From: a virus
Direction: 5' to 3' (one strand)
Length of the DNA stretch: 64,000 nt
UHGV virus genome: UHGV-0385297
In this document: in pieces, positions 46,813-56,885 of the stretch
How positions within the stretch are numbered: position 1 is the first letter of the stretch
Layout of the letters: every line of letters begins with the position of its first letter
Made by a program: the position numbers and the translations under genes
Notes under the pieces: model-generated
The model's database searches: none
Told to the model about the DNA's origin: nothing
Seen by the model: the letters and a program-made list of their open reading frames with translations, nothing else

Positions 46813-47553
46813 ATGTTAGAAATCAATAAAATCTACAATGAAGATTGCCTTGAAGGTATGAAGAAAATTGATGATAAATCAATAGATGCAATCATCACAG
46901 ATCTTCCTTTCGGAATTACCAGTCGCAATAAATGGGATTCGGTTATTCCGTTTGAGTCATTATGGGAACAGTATGAAAGAATTATCAAAGATAACGGTGC
47001 AATTATTCTATTTGGGAGTGGCATGTTCACTGCTGATTTAATGGAGAGTAATCGTAAGCTTTGGAAATATAATCTTATCTGGCAAAAAACACAGCCAACC
47101 GGATTTCTAAATGCCAAGAAAATGCCGTTACGTTCTCATGAAGATATCTGTATTTTCTACAAGAAACCACCTACATATAATCCTCAAATGACAGACGGAC
47201 ATGAAAGAAAAGTGTCAAAAGCAGCACATCATGTAAATGCAAAAGAATCAACGGATTATGGTAAGAGTGAATGGCAAGATTATGACTCTACAAAGAGATA
47301 CCCTAAGTCAGTATGGACATTTGCCAAGGATACGCAGAAAGCAGCCTTCCACAATACACAAAAACCCGTTGCGCTGATCGAAGAACTTATTAAAACATAT
47401 TCTAATCCTGGCGATTTGATTTTGGATTCTTGTGCCGGTAGTTGTACAACAGCAATTGCAGCTATGAACACAGGAAGAAATTATATTTGTTTCGAAAAGG
47501 ATAAAGACATTTTTGAAATAGGAAGTAAAAGAGTAACAGAATATAGCAATTAA
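46813..47553 (+). CDS. DNA methyltransferase, beta-class amino-MTase (N6-adenine or N4-cytosine), motif IV variant DLPF
   Basis: Motif IV IITDLPFG precedes motif I LILDSCAGSCTTAIAA (beta permutation). ParB-less, about 246 aa. Confidence 0.6.
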   Translation: MLEINKIYNEDCLEGMKKIDDKSIDAIITDLPFGITSRNKWDSVIPFESLWEQYERIIKDNGAIILFGSGMFTADLMESNRKLWKYNLIWQKTQPTGFLNAKKMPLRSHEDICIFYKKPPTYNPQMTDGHERKVSKAAHHVNAKESTDYGKSEWQDYDSTKRYPKSVWTFAKDTQKAAFHNTQKPVALIEELIKTYSNPGDLILDSCAGSCTTAIAAMNTGRNYICFEKDKDIFEIGSKRVTEYSN

Positions 47554-47636
47554 CATCTAATAAATAAGAGAATAACAAATCAGAAAGGAAAAAGTTAGGG
47601 TAGCTACTAAGGACATGTCACCTTTCTGGTGAAGAA

Positions 47637-48245
47637 ATGAACAACAAGAAAGTATTAGCGGGTGCAAAGCTTGCAGGCGGCAATCCAGAAAATGGAAGGG
47701 TTGAAGATGATTACTATGCAACTAATCCAGAAGCAGTAAAAATGTTGCTGACTAAATATACATTTGATGCACATACAATTTTGGAGCCTTGTATTGGTGG
47801 TGGGCATATCGCTAATGCAATCAATGATTTTTATACAACCAAGAGAGAAATTACAGGGATGGACTTAGTAGATCGAGGATATCCTGGAACAATTGTTGCT
47901 GATTTCCTTACATATAAAACTGATAAAAAATATGAAGGAATTATCACAAATCCACCGTACTCGCTCGCAAAGGAATTTGTAGAAAAGGGTATGGAGTTAC
48001 TGGAAGATGATGGTCAAATGGCTATGTTTCTCAAAATCCAGTTCTTGGAAGGTGCTAAGAGGAAGGAGTTATTTGACAAATATCCGCCGAAGTACATTTA
48101 TGTTTTCAGAAACAGAATGGCGACTTGGAATAGTGGATTAGAGAAAGACCCAAAGACAGGAAAACGTTGGGCGACAACTATGTGTCATGCTTGGTTTGTT
48201 TGGGAGAAAGGAAGTACATCTGAACCGGTAGTAAGATGGTTATAG
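47637..48245 (+). CDS. DNA N6-adenine methyltransferase (NPPY motif, gamma-class order)
   Basis: Motif I ILEPCIGGGHI followed by motif IV IITNPPYS. Confidence 0.6.
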   Translation: MNNKKVLAGAKLAGGNPENGRVEDDYYATNPEAVKMLLTKYTFDAHTILEPCIGGGHIANAINDFYTTKREITGMDLVDRGYPGTIVADFLTYKTDKKYEGIITNPPYSLAKEFVEKGMELLEDDGQMAMFLKIQFLEGAKRKELFDKYPPKYIYVFRNRMATWNSGLEKDPKTGKRWATTMCHAWFVWEKGSTSEPVVRWL

Positions 48246-48340
48246 TATGTAATGCTACTATATATAGTGACTGCTATTAGGATAATATACAATATATAGA
48301 TGCAAAATTATGATGAAAGTGAATTTTGAGGAGAAAACAA

Positions 48341-49198
48341 TATGAAAAAATGTGTAGTTTTAGAAATTGAAAGTAGAGTAGAATTTGAAAATAAAATGAA
48401 CGAGTATTTATCAGAAGGGTACAAAGTAGAAGCAAGTTCTTGCAATAGCAAATATTATAAAGCAATTTTGGTACTAGAAGAAGAATAAACTGCGCTTCTG
48501 AGAAAGGTGTTCTATGGGAAACAAATGTAAAGAATGTATTTATTATCATAAAAACAATGGTACTTGCCAGCTTAAAAAGTGTTCAACTACAGGGTATGGA
48601 TATGTAACAGTTGCGGATACATTATCTTGTAGATATTCAAAAGTGCAATAGGAGACGGCAGATATGGATAAAATAGATCAAATCAGAAAAGAAATTTTTA
48701 CATCCATGAAGATTTTGGATACATCTATGAAAGGTATTAAAGAATCCGAAGAGTATAAAATTGCACAAGCATATAATCAAGGATTGAGGGATGCTATGGC
48801 TATTTTTGAAAAAGAGATGAAATACAATCATTGAAAGGATCAAAGATGAATATTTATTTTATTATTTTCTGCTGCATAATGATGCTGAATTTAGGTATAG
48901 CACTAGCAAATCATGGAATGACTGGGAAATATAACTTTTTTACAACTTTAGTTTGTGTGATTATTTATATTGTATTAGTTTATGCGGCGATCAAACATGG
49001 GTTTTAGGAGATAAATTATGGGATATTGTATTAGAAATGCATTTTGCGATTTTTGTGACGCCAGATGTCCTGATTACATAGTAGACGAAAAGGATTGGGG
49101 AAAATTATGCAGTAAATACCATACATGGTGTTTGTATGAAGAAATAAAAGGTATGCAATATGTAGATGCCATGAAATATATGAAAGGTTGTGAATAAA
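48341..49198 (+). other. run of at least five very small ORFs (43-59 aa), several Cys-rich or hydrophobic
   Basis: Consecutive short ORFs with RBSs. Examples: MKKCVVLEIESRVEF..., MGNKCKECIYYHKNNGTCQLKKC..., MDKIDQIRKEIF..., MNIYFIIFCCIMMLNLG..., MGYCIRNAFCDFCDARCPDY.... Confidence 0.3.
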
Positions 49199-49431
49199 TG
49201 AACGACATCAATTTATCAGATTATAAAATTGTTGTAGACCCCGTAGAACTTCAGCGAAAAATCATAGACTACATAGCATCTGATGAGTTAAATAAAATGG
49301 TTGCTTCTACTGTGTTTGAAGGTGATGAACAGTGTAAACTTGCAATTATACATGGGATGGCAATTGCGGCAATGTTAGCCAGTCAATGTACACCATATTT
49401 CATTTATAAAGATTATCTGAAAGAAGATTAA
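49198..49431 (+). CDS. hypothetical small protein
   Basis: ATGA overlap. Confidence 0.3.
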   Translation: MNDINLSDYKIVVDPVELQRKIIDYIASDELNKMVASTVFEGDEQCKLAIIHGMAIAAMLASQCTPYFIYKDYLKED

Positions 49432-49443
49432 ATCGCACTTTCA

Positions 49444-49650
49444 TTGGAGAATAAAATAGTGGGCAAAGCAAAAAGAAAACCAAGACCACAACCACCAGGT
49501 TACTTCTGGCTATATAGAGATAATTGTTGGCGGTGTAAAAACAAGAATAACTGTACTAATTGTAAAGCACTTAAACGGCAGAGAGCGAAAGATAGGCAAA
49601 AAAAGAAAAAAGATAGTAAATGGGTAGCTACAGAAGGGAAAGAATTATGA
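49444..49650 (+). CDS. small basic Cys-containing protein
   Basis: KRKPRPQPPGYFWLYRDNCWRCKNKNNCTNCK. Confidence 0.3.
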   Translation: MENKIVGKAKRKPRPQPPGYFWLYRDNCWRCKNKNNCTNCKALKRQRAKDRQKKKKDSKWVATEGKEL

Positions 49651-49901
49651 CATACGAACAGTTGAAAAATATTATTGAGAAAAATAACGTTCCAGAAGAT
49701 GTACATTTGATGTCCAATAGTGGCTGGGAATGCTGTGCTACAGAGATGGATGGTGTTTTGTGGAATCCAATTTATAATGAAATCCATTTTACACAAGATA
49801 CAGAATTTTATACAGATGCGCCATATCATTGGCCATATAAAGAAGATGATAAAGGTAGTAAAAATGGAGAACATCGTGACGGTTGGATTATTTTAAATTA
49901 G
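49648..49901 (+). CDS. hypothetical protein
   Basis: ATGA overlap. Confidence 0.35.
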
Positions 49902-49914
49902 AAGGTAAAGAACA

Positions 49915-50124
49915 ATGAAAATCTTAGAATACAAAGGTTATAAAACCAGAATCGTCTACAGTCAAGAAGATAATGTCTATTGTGGAGAAATTATCAATAT
50001 CAATGATTCCGTTAGCTTTCATTCTGAGAATATTTCCACAATCGAAGATGAATTTCATAAAGCTGTAGATGATTATATAGAGTTATGTAAACTCATAAGG
50101 AAAGAACCTCAGATTGGACGGTGA
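49915..50124 (+). CDS. HicB-like (UPF0150-type) antitoxin-fold protein
   Basis: YKGYKTRIVYSQEDNVYCGEIININDSVSFHSENISTIEDEFHKAVDDYIELCK matches the HicB N-terminal domain pattern. No HicA partner adjacent. Confidence 0.4.
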   Translation: MKILEYKGYKTRIVYSQEDNVYCGEIININDSVSFHSENISTIEDEFHKAVDDYIELCKLIRKEPQIGR

Positions 50125-51639
50125 CAAAATGGCAAAGTTTTCAATTTTAAAGACGATTCTTGACTCAGAGAAGATTATGACTGAAATCCAATTATATGAA
50201 AATTCACAGAAAAGATCTCCATACATATTTGTGAATAGTAAGATGATCGATTCGTTTTCAGTCGCTTCACCAATGGATAGTCCAGGATTAGGAACAGATT
50301 ATTTAGGAAAATATAAAGGATATAAGGTATTCCGTAATGACGATCTGAAATATGGTGAAATGGAGTTAAGATAATGGCAAAACAGTATAAGTATTATGCT
50401 TGCTGCAAGGATATGTATGGGAACAGTATAACATGTACAGGAAAAGATACGGTAGCAGAAGCATACAAGGATTTAGAAGAATTAAAAGGACATACGACTA
50501 ATGGAATGATCTTCATTGGTGTGATTAAATGTGCTGGAAATCCATTAGGGCATATTTGCCACTTAAATACAAAGGAGTAGAGTGTGGGAAAGAACAAACC
50601 AAGGCATGATCCTAACAAATGGCAGAACAAATTAGGAGATAAATGCTGTTATTATGAAGGATATAATGAACATTTTTGGTGCGAACATGGATACGATATC
50701 ACTAAATGCGGTGGCAATCCTCATAATTGTTGCAAGGTCAAATATCAAATTTTAGCAAGCAGAAGTGATATTCAGAAAAATAATGGAGTTGGAATTACCC
50801 ATAAACATTATTAACGAAGAATAGAACGTAAAGAAATGGAGTGGATTTCTCAATGTCAGTTATTGAGGTTTGCGATATATGTAAGAAAGAAGTCAAAAAA
50901 TATAATGGTATTACAGTCAAGGCATATGATACACATCCTGGACCAAAGGATGATCGACAGACTAATTTTGATATTAGAATTTGCAGCGATTGTAAAAATA
51001 ATATTATAAAATATTGCAAAAAGAAGAAAGTTTCTATAGTCAGTAAATTCTTAGAACAGTTCAGCTCAAATTTCCAAGAAAACAATTAAAAAGGAGAACA
51101 TATAAATGGAAAAGTTATTATCTGCTGCTGAGGCAAAAGCTATGACAGAGCAGAGTATTGATAATTTAACATCACAGAAAATGGCAGAGATCAATTCAGA
51201 AATTCGAGCAGCTATAGACAAAGGAGAATTTTCTATTAGTGGAGATGATGCGTTAAGCTTTGCTATTATAGAAAAATTACGAAAAATGGGCTATAAAGTA
51301 AAAAGTGATTCTCAGTATAATGAATCTTTTTGGAATATTTCTTGGCGCTAAAAGTTCAGTTTTATCAGAAAGGAAAAAATGCAGAAACAAATCAAAACTA
51401 AAAAAGAAATCGTACAAGTTACACACGAATTCTATTGTGATAATTGCGGGAAATTCTTGGGTTCTTCAGAAGAATGGGACGATGGTTATTATAAAGAATA
51501 TGGTTCTTTTGAAAATAATTTATGTATCAATAGTAGTTGGTATAGATATAGGAAAAATTTATGTGACAAATGTCAAAATGAGTTTGTGGCTAAATTAACA
51601 AAAACATTAATTGAATTAGGATACGCAAAGGATAGGTGA
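50114..51639 (+). other. six further small ORFs (67-86 aa), three of them Cys4-rich
   Basis: ORFs 50114-50374, 50374-50580, 50584-50814 (CCYYEGYNEHFWCEH...CGGNPHNCC), 50841-51089 (CDICKKE...CSDCKNN), 51106-51351, 51379-51639 (CDNCGKF...CDKCQNE). Most are translationally coupled. Confidence 0.35.
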
Positions 51640-52331
51640 AATTGCATATGAATTCAAAAAATATTAAAGCAATAGAAGATGAATGTCTTTGTATGAAATG
51701 TCTAAAAAACAAGGCTACTCATATATATCCTGTTTCCTGTAGAGGATATGGAAGCATCTATGACATGATGGATACAAGATTCCAGTGCTGTGATGAATGC
51801 GATAGACCAGAATATAGAGAATGGTTTTTCGAAGCACCGACAGTTAATGAAAATGAATATGCAGAGAATTATAAATATGAAGATAATATTTATGAACTGA
51901 TTAAAAGTCTTCCGTTGGAGAGTCAGGAATTATTTGAGAATAGATTTGATAGAACAAATGATATCTTTATGGAGTCGCAAGATTGGATTGATTATGAACT
52001 TGGTGAGCTACCAAAAGAAAAGTGTGAAGAATATAGTTTGTATTCACCAGAAGAAAAAACAGCATACAGAGAAAAGTTTTCCACATGTGAGCAAGTAGTA
52101 AATGTTGTTTATAGCGATGATTCAAAAGGTTCCAGATGTCCATTTGGTGCTTTTGGAGATTATGATCAGAAAGTGTCTGTTAATATATGGGAAGAATGCT
52201 ATGGTTGTAAGTATTATAAAAAGAGAGAACATCCTATTAGAACAATTAATGATGATGATTTTTCTGATTGGAAAGATTATATGATCATGAAGATTCGTGG
52301 AAAGGAGTTGGCAGAAAAATTTGGAGAATAA
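51636..52331 (+). CDS. Cys-rich hypothetical protein (231 aa)
   Basis: CLCMKCLKN...CCDECDRPEY...CEEY...CPFGA...CYGCKYY multiple Cys clusters. Confidence 0.4.
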   Translation: MKLHMNSKNIKAIEDECLCMKCLKNKATHIYPVSCRGYGSIYDMMDTRFQCCDECDRPEYREWFFEAPTVNENEYAENYKYEDNIYELIKSLPLESQELFENRFDRTNDIFMESQDWIDYELGELPKEKCEEYSLYSPEEKTAYREKFSTCEQVVNVVYSDDSKGSRCPFGAFGDYDQKVSVNIWEECYGCKYYKKREHPIRTINDDDFSDWKDYMIMKIRGKELAEKFGE

Positions 52332-52335
52332 ATAT

Positions 52336-52620
52336 ATGAAGAAATATGTAGGATATTTGACTAAAGCAGGAAAATATATCTCTACAGGATTATTTTTCAA
52401 CATTAACAACTGGATTTATAAAATCATAACAATACCATATGGTGGAGGTGCCTAGTGAAGAATACAATGCTGGATTTCATGATGGGAATGATTTGTATTT
52501 TATTAACAATAACAGTAATCGGAATACTTGCATTACCAGATGTATTAAGTGCTTGGTCAGTAATGAGAATGAATGAAAAATGGGAGGAGAATGAAGACGA
52601 TGAGAGTAACAGTTAAAAGT
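52336..52620 (+). other. two small ORFs, second with a TM helix
   Basis: MKKYVGYLTKAGKYISTGLFF... (39 aa) and VKNTMLDFMMGMICILLTITVIGILALP... (54 aa). Confidence 0.25.
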
Positions 52621-53325
52621 ATCACAGGATTTTATGGGGCATTTGTATCTATGTTTATTAGTAAAAGAACATGGACGCCTGAGTTAGATGCAGAAATTGA
52701 AAGAGTATGTGATTCTGTTTTAGACAATCACGGGAGGATCAAAGCAAATGCCAATTCTAAAGATGTGGAGCAATTTAATAAATGGTTAGGAATTCTTTTA
52801 AGAATGGGCAAGCGACATATTACAGTCATTAGATTTATTGAAATTGAAATGATGGTAGAAGGTATTCATAGAGCAGGTCAGGATGATGCGGATAGCCACG
52901 CAATGAGATTTAATAATAGGATTATCCGTAATAGTACAAGATTAGCCACTTTTAGTGAAGGTGAAAAATCTACCTACTATGAAGATAAAATTCTCACCGA
53001 TGGAGAAGTGTGTAGAGAATTAGGGCTTAATCTTCCAGAAGAAATTGAGCATGATGGAAAAGTATATGTTAAATCAACAAATGGATATATTTTAAAAGAA
53101 TATGAGAATAACAAGGATGTTAAACGTGGTCTTTATATGTTAAGTATCCCTAGCAATTTCTTTGGTAAAATCAATCTTTGTGAATGGGGACATGTATTTA
53201 AAGAGCGCTGTGCCGATGGTGGAGCTAATCCAGAAGTAAAAGAGTGGGCAGAGCAGATTACTGAGCAGCTTACTAAATTTCATGAACAGATCACTAGGGA
53301 TTATATTTTAAGTATTCAGAATTAA
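52600..53325 (+). CDS. divergent ThyX-like (flavin-dependent thymidylate synthase fold) protein with degenerate RHR-S motif
   Basis: GKRHITVIRFIEIEMMVEGIHRAGQ aligns with ThyX [24 protein letters not shown]. C-terminal EWGHVFKERCADGGANPEVKEWAEQI aligns with ThyX WRHFIxxRxxxxAxxEIRxLA. The position of RHRxxSxxxxSxRY reads SHAMRFNNRIIRNSTR. ATG at 52600 with RBS GGGAGGAG. Confidence 0.4.
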   Translation: MRVTVKSITGFYGAFVSMFISKRTWTPELDAEIERVCDSVLDNHGRIKANANSKDVEQFNKWLGILLRMGKRHITVIRFIEIEMMVEGIHRAGQDDADSHAMRFNNRIIRNSTRLATFSEGEKSTYYEDKILTDGEVCRELGLNLPEEIEHDGKVYVKSTNGYILKEYENNKDVKRGLYMLSIPSNFFGKINLCEWGHVFKERCADGGANPEVKEWAEQITEQLTKFHEQITRDYILSIQN

Positions 53326-53356
53326 GATTTGGAGGAAATATTATGGCTAAATATAG

Positions 53357-54988
53357 AAAGAAACCCGTGGTAATGGAGAAATCGGAGAACTGATTACCCA
53401 TAATGCAAAGGTTTTTGATAATCTGCCATTAAAAGTTTTAAATACACATAAATTTGAAATCGAAGGTGAAGCAATTATCACCAAAGACGATTTTGAAAAA
53501 ATCAATAGTAAATTAGTAGAAGATTATAAATATAAAAATCCAAGAAATCTTGCTTCTGGTTCAGCACGTCAGTTAGATAGTAAGATTGCAAAAGAACGTC
53601 ATGTAAGATTCATTGTATGGAAAGTACCATATGGATTTACAAAGTTTACAGATGGTTTTAAATATGCCAAAGAGCAAGGTTTTGAAATTGTACCGTATAT
53701 TACATATAATAGTAATAAGGATAACATCAATGAAATAATTGATGAATTAAAAGCTGTTGCAGAAGAAAAATCATATCCTATAGATGGTCTTGTTATTACA
53801 TACAATGATGTTGAATATGGTAAATCTCTTGGTATGACAGGAAAATTTCCTAGACATTCTTTAGCGTTCAAGTTCTATGATGAGGAAGTTGCGACTACAT
53901 TAAAAGATATTGAATGGGGAATGGGCAAGACTGGAATTCTTACGCCTGTAGCAATCTTTGAATCAGTAGAGCTGGAAGGAACTACAGTTGAAAGGGCTTC
54001 ATTACATAACATTTCTGTTATGTTAAATGTTTTAGGTAGTCCATACAAAGGTCAGGAAATCGGCGTATGTAAGAAAAACCAAATTATTCCTCAAATAACA
54101 TGGGGAGAAAAAAATGATAACTGTAGTGCAAATATTCAATTTATCCACATTCCTGATACTTGCCCTATTTGTGGTGGTAAGACTCAGATTATAAAAGAAA
54201 ATGACTCCAAACAGCTTTTTTGTACTAATCCAGATTGTAAAGGTAAACTCCTTGGAAAACTTACTCACGCAGTAAGCCGCAATGCATTAAATATTGATGG
54301 CCTGTCAGAGTCAACAATCGAAAAATTCATTTCTCTTGGTTGGCTCACTTCTATTAAAGATATTTATCATCTACATTCCCATGAAAAAGTAATGAAAACT
54401 CTTGATGGTTTTGGCAAAAAATCTGTAGATAAACTCCTTGATTCTATTAATGTAAGCCGTAATACAACTCTAGCTCGTTTCTTGTATTCGCTTTCAATTC
54501 CACTTTTAGGTAAGACAGCAAGTGCTGCAATTGCAGAAACAGTAGATGGTGATTACGGAACATTCATTCATGTAATGACTATAGAAGGAGCAGATTATTT
54601 CAGACATCTGCCAGGTGTAGGAGATTCGCTTATTGATTCTATGAATACTTATTTCAAGAAACATATAGATGATGTAATGGATCTTTCTACAGAGTTTATC
54701 TTTGAACTGCCAGTATCTCCACTAAAAGAAGCTATGAATGCCGTAGATTCTAAGAAGCTGGAAGGTAAGACATTTGTCATTACTGGTGGTTTAAATCACT
54801 ATACCAATCGTGATGCTGCAAAGACGGAGATCCTGGCTTATGGTGGTAAGGTGTCTGATTCTGTAAGTGCCAAGACTTCATACCTTGTAAATAATGATAT
54901 TAATTCCAGTAGTTCGAAGAATAAGAAAGCAAAGTCGCTTGGAATTCCGATTATCACGGAAGAAGAACTAATAGCAATGATTCACTAA
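53357..54988 (+). pseudogene. ligA: NAD-dependent DNA ligase (LigA) lacking the N-terminal Ia domain and KxDG adenylation motif (truncated gene or remnant)
   Basis: Frame-2 translation from 53357 gives ETRGNGEIGELITHNA (LigA ATRGDGTTGEDITSNV). Then NPRNLASGSARQLD (motif IV), IDGLVIT (motif V) and KFPRHSLAFKF follow. Zn finger CPICGG, HhH region and C-terminal BRCT (KTFVITGG...) are present. The frame is closed by TAA/TAG at 53348-53356. The first in-frame ATG is at 53834. No KxDG lysine motif exists upstream, where a short overlapping ORF MAKYRKKPVVMEKSEN sits at 53343-53393. Confidence 0.6.
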
Positions 54989-55005
54989 GAAAGGAGAATA
55001 TATAA

Positions 55006-55245
55006 ATGGAGATGACTATCCAATTAAATAATGTTCAGGATGCAGGTTTATTTGTTGCTCAGTGCAATGAATACGCAGAGAATATCGACTATAGATTCGA
55101 CCATTATATTGTAGATGCTAAATCATTGTTAGGTGTGATTTCAGCAGGATTTAATAAAAAATGTATCGTTTCTATCAATACATCTGATTCTGTTGTTCTG
55201 GATAAATTCTATAAAGACATGGAAATGTGGAGGAATAACATATGA
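55006..55245 (+). CDS. hypothetical small protein
   Basis: RBS AAAGGAGAATATATAAATG. Confidence 0.35.
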   Translation: MEMTIQLNNVQDAGLFVAQCNEYAENIDYRFDHYIVDAKSLLGVISAGFNKKCIVSINTSDSVVLDKFYKDMEMWRNNI

Positions 55246-55793
55246 TTTTTATTGCAGGCAAGACTTGCAGTGGAAAAACGAGAATTGTATCTGAATTTTG
55301 TAAGAAGTTCGGATATAAGAAAATCGTTACATACACTACAAGATCTATTAGAGATAAGGAAGTAGATGGAGTTGACTATCACTTTATTTCCGAAGAAGAG
55401 TTCAAGAAAAAGATTGAAGAAGGATTTTTCGCAGAATATAAAGTATATGATGCAGAATTTGGCAGATGTCATTATGGTGTAGCAGCAGAAGATGTGACAA
55501 ATGCTGGTCCAAAGGATTTACTTATTGTAACACCGGCTGGATATAGAGATATAATTGAGAACTATTCTGTACCACATCGGCTACTTTATATCTATGCTAA
55601 TAATTCTACCATCAGGAAAAGATTAAAAGATCGTGGAGATGATGATAAGGAAGCAGAGCGTAGAGTAAAGACTGATAATGATGATTTTAAAGGCTTTGAA
55701 ACTGTAGCAGATAGAATCTGTTACAACAACTACAATGACGATCTTAACCAGACATTAAACTATATTAATGAATATCTGGAGGATCATGTATGA
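55242..55793 (+). CDS. gmk: guanylate kinase-like (d)NMP kinase
   Basis: P-loop IAGKTCSGKT and TYTTRSIRDKEVDGVDYHFISEEEF (Gmk TTRxPRxGExDGxDYxFVS). ATGA overlap. Confidence 0.65.
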   Translation: MIFIAGKTCSGKTRIVSEFCKKFGYKKIVTYTTRSIRDKEVDGVDYHFISEEEFKKKIEEGFFAEYKVYDAEFGRCHYGVAAEDVTNAGPKDLLIVTPAGYRDIIENYSVPHRLLYIYANNSTIRKRLKDRGDDDKEAERRVKTDNDDFKGFETVADRICYNNYNDDLNQTLNYINEYLEDHV

Positions 55794-56362
55794 TAAGAAA
55801 GAAATTATTTTTAGATTTTGATGGTGTGATTGCAAATACTATTGAAGGAATCATTTCTTTATATAATGAAGATTTTGCCGCTTATCCTAATTTCCAGTAT
55901 GTCCCTTGGTGGATGGTGGAGACATGGTGCTTTAAAGAGTGTAAATGCGCCACACCAGATTATATTGATAATTATTTTAATCAACAGCGTTTCTTTGATA
56001 GGTTAAACTTCATGCCGTGGGCAAAGGAAGTTATCTCAATTCTCTGTAAAGTCTATGATGTAACAGTCGTATCTCATGGGTATTCACCTAATTTATTTCT
56101 TAAAGAAGCCTGGCTCAAAGCTCAATTTCCCGATATTAAATTCATTGGTGTAGATTTAAATAAACATAGTGATAAATCATGCGTAGATATGTATGGTGGT
56201 ATCTTTATTGATGACAATGCTAACAATCTTAGAACATCAAATGCTCAGTATAAATTCTGTTTTGGGGATTTGTACGAGTGGAACAAAGACTGGTATGGAG
56301 AAAGATTATATAACTGGACAGACGTATATCTTAAGCTGATCGGTGGTGATATTAAGTTTTGA
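55790..56362 (+). CDS. HAD-family 5-prime(3-prime)-deoxyribonucleotidase
   Basis: DFDGVIANT (DxDGV nucleophile motif of the NT5C/YorS family) at N-terminus; downstream IDDNANN. Confidence 0.55.
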   Translation: MIRKKLFLDFDGVIANTIEGIISLYNEDFAAYPNFQYVPWWMVETWCFKECKCATPDYIDNYFNQQRFFDRLNFMPWAKEVISILCKVYDVTVVSHGYSPNLFLKEAWLKAQFPDIKFIGVDLNKHSDKSCVDMYGGIFIDDNANNLRTSNAQYKFCFGDLYEWNKDWYGERLYNWTDVYLKLIGGDIKF

Positions 56363-56544
56363 TCACTAATTCAGAAATGCTTGCAAAGGAATTACTTAAG
56401 GAAAATGATTTTATCACTGTAATGCTAAATAATAGAGAATATATTATTGAGAACATCGGAAGGGTATTTGGATGTGGTGACACACCAAGTTCTCATAGGT
56501 GTTTAAAAATTAGAGAAACAGGAAGTGGGTGTTTGTTAAGATGA
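56359..56544 (+). CDS. hypothetical small protein
   Basis: TGAT overlap. Confidence 0.3.
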   Translation: MITNSEMLAKELLKENDFITVMLNNREYIIENIGRVFGCGDTPSSHRCLKIRETGSGCLLR

Positions 56545-56682
56545 CAAAGAATGATAAGAAGTTGCTTATTGAATTGATCTGTGAGAAACAGACCAAGATG
56601 ATTGCCAAGGATCATACAAAGTATTCGTCAGAAAAATATAAGCATTTGGAAAAACTTAAAGTGCTAATTAAGGATATGTGAG

Positions 56683-56874
56683 GTGGTATATATGGCTGAT
56701 ATTACCATGTGTTTAGCGGAAAAGTGTCAAAAGAAGGATAAATGTTATCGATGTACAGCAGTTCCAAATTATCACCAAAGTTGGAGTGATTTAACGAATT
56801 TCTGTAATGAAGATAATAATTATAAATTTTTCATCGAAGATTGGCGAACAATCGTAGATGCATGTAGGAAATAG
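56683..56874 (+). CDS. small Cys-rich protein
   Basis: CLAEKCQKKDKCYRC; RBS GAGGTGGTATATATG. Confidence 0.3.
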   Translation: MVYMADITMCLAEKCQKKDKCYRCTAVPNYHQSWSDLTNFCNEDNNYKFFIEDWRTIVDACRK

Positions 56875-56885
56875 GAGGATAAGAG

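Noticed and set aside
49648-50124. HicA-HicB toxin-antitoxin pair
   Set aside because: The 49915 ORF has a HicB-like N-terminal fold pattern but neither neighbour has HicA (YcfA) features, so no complete TA module is called.
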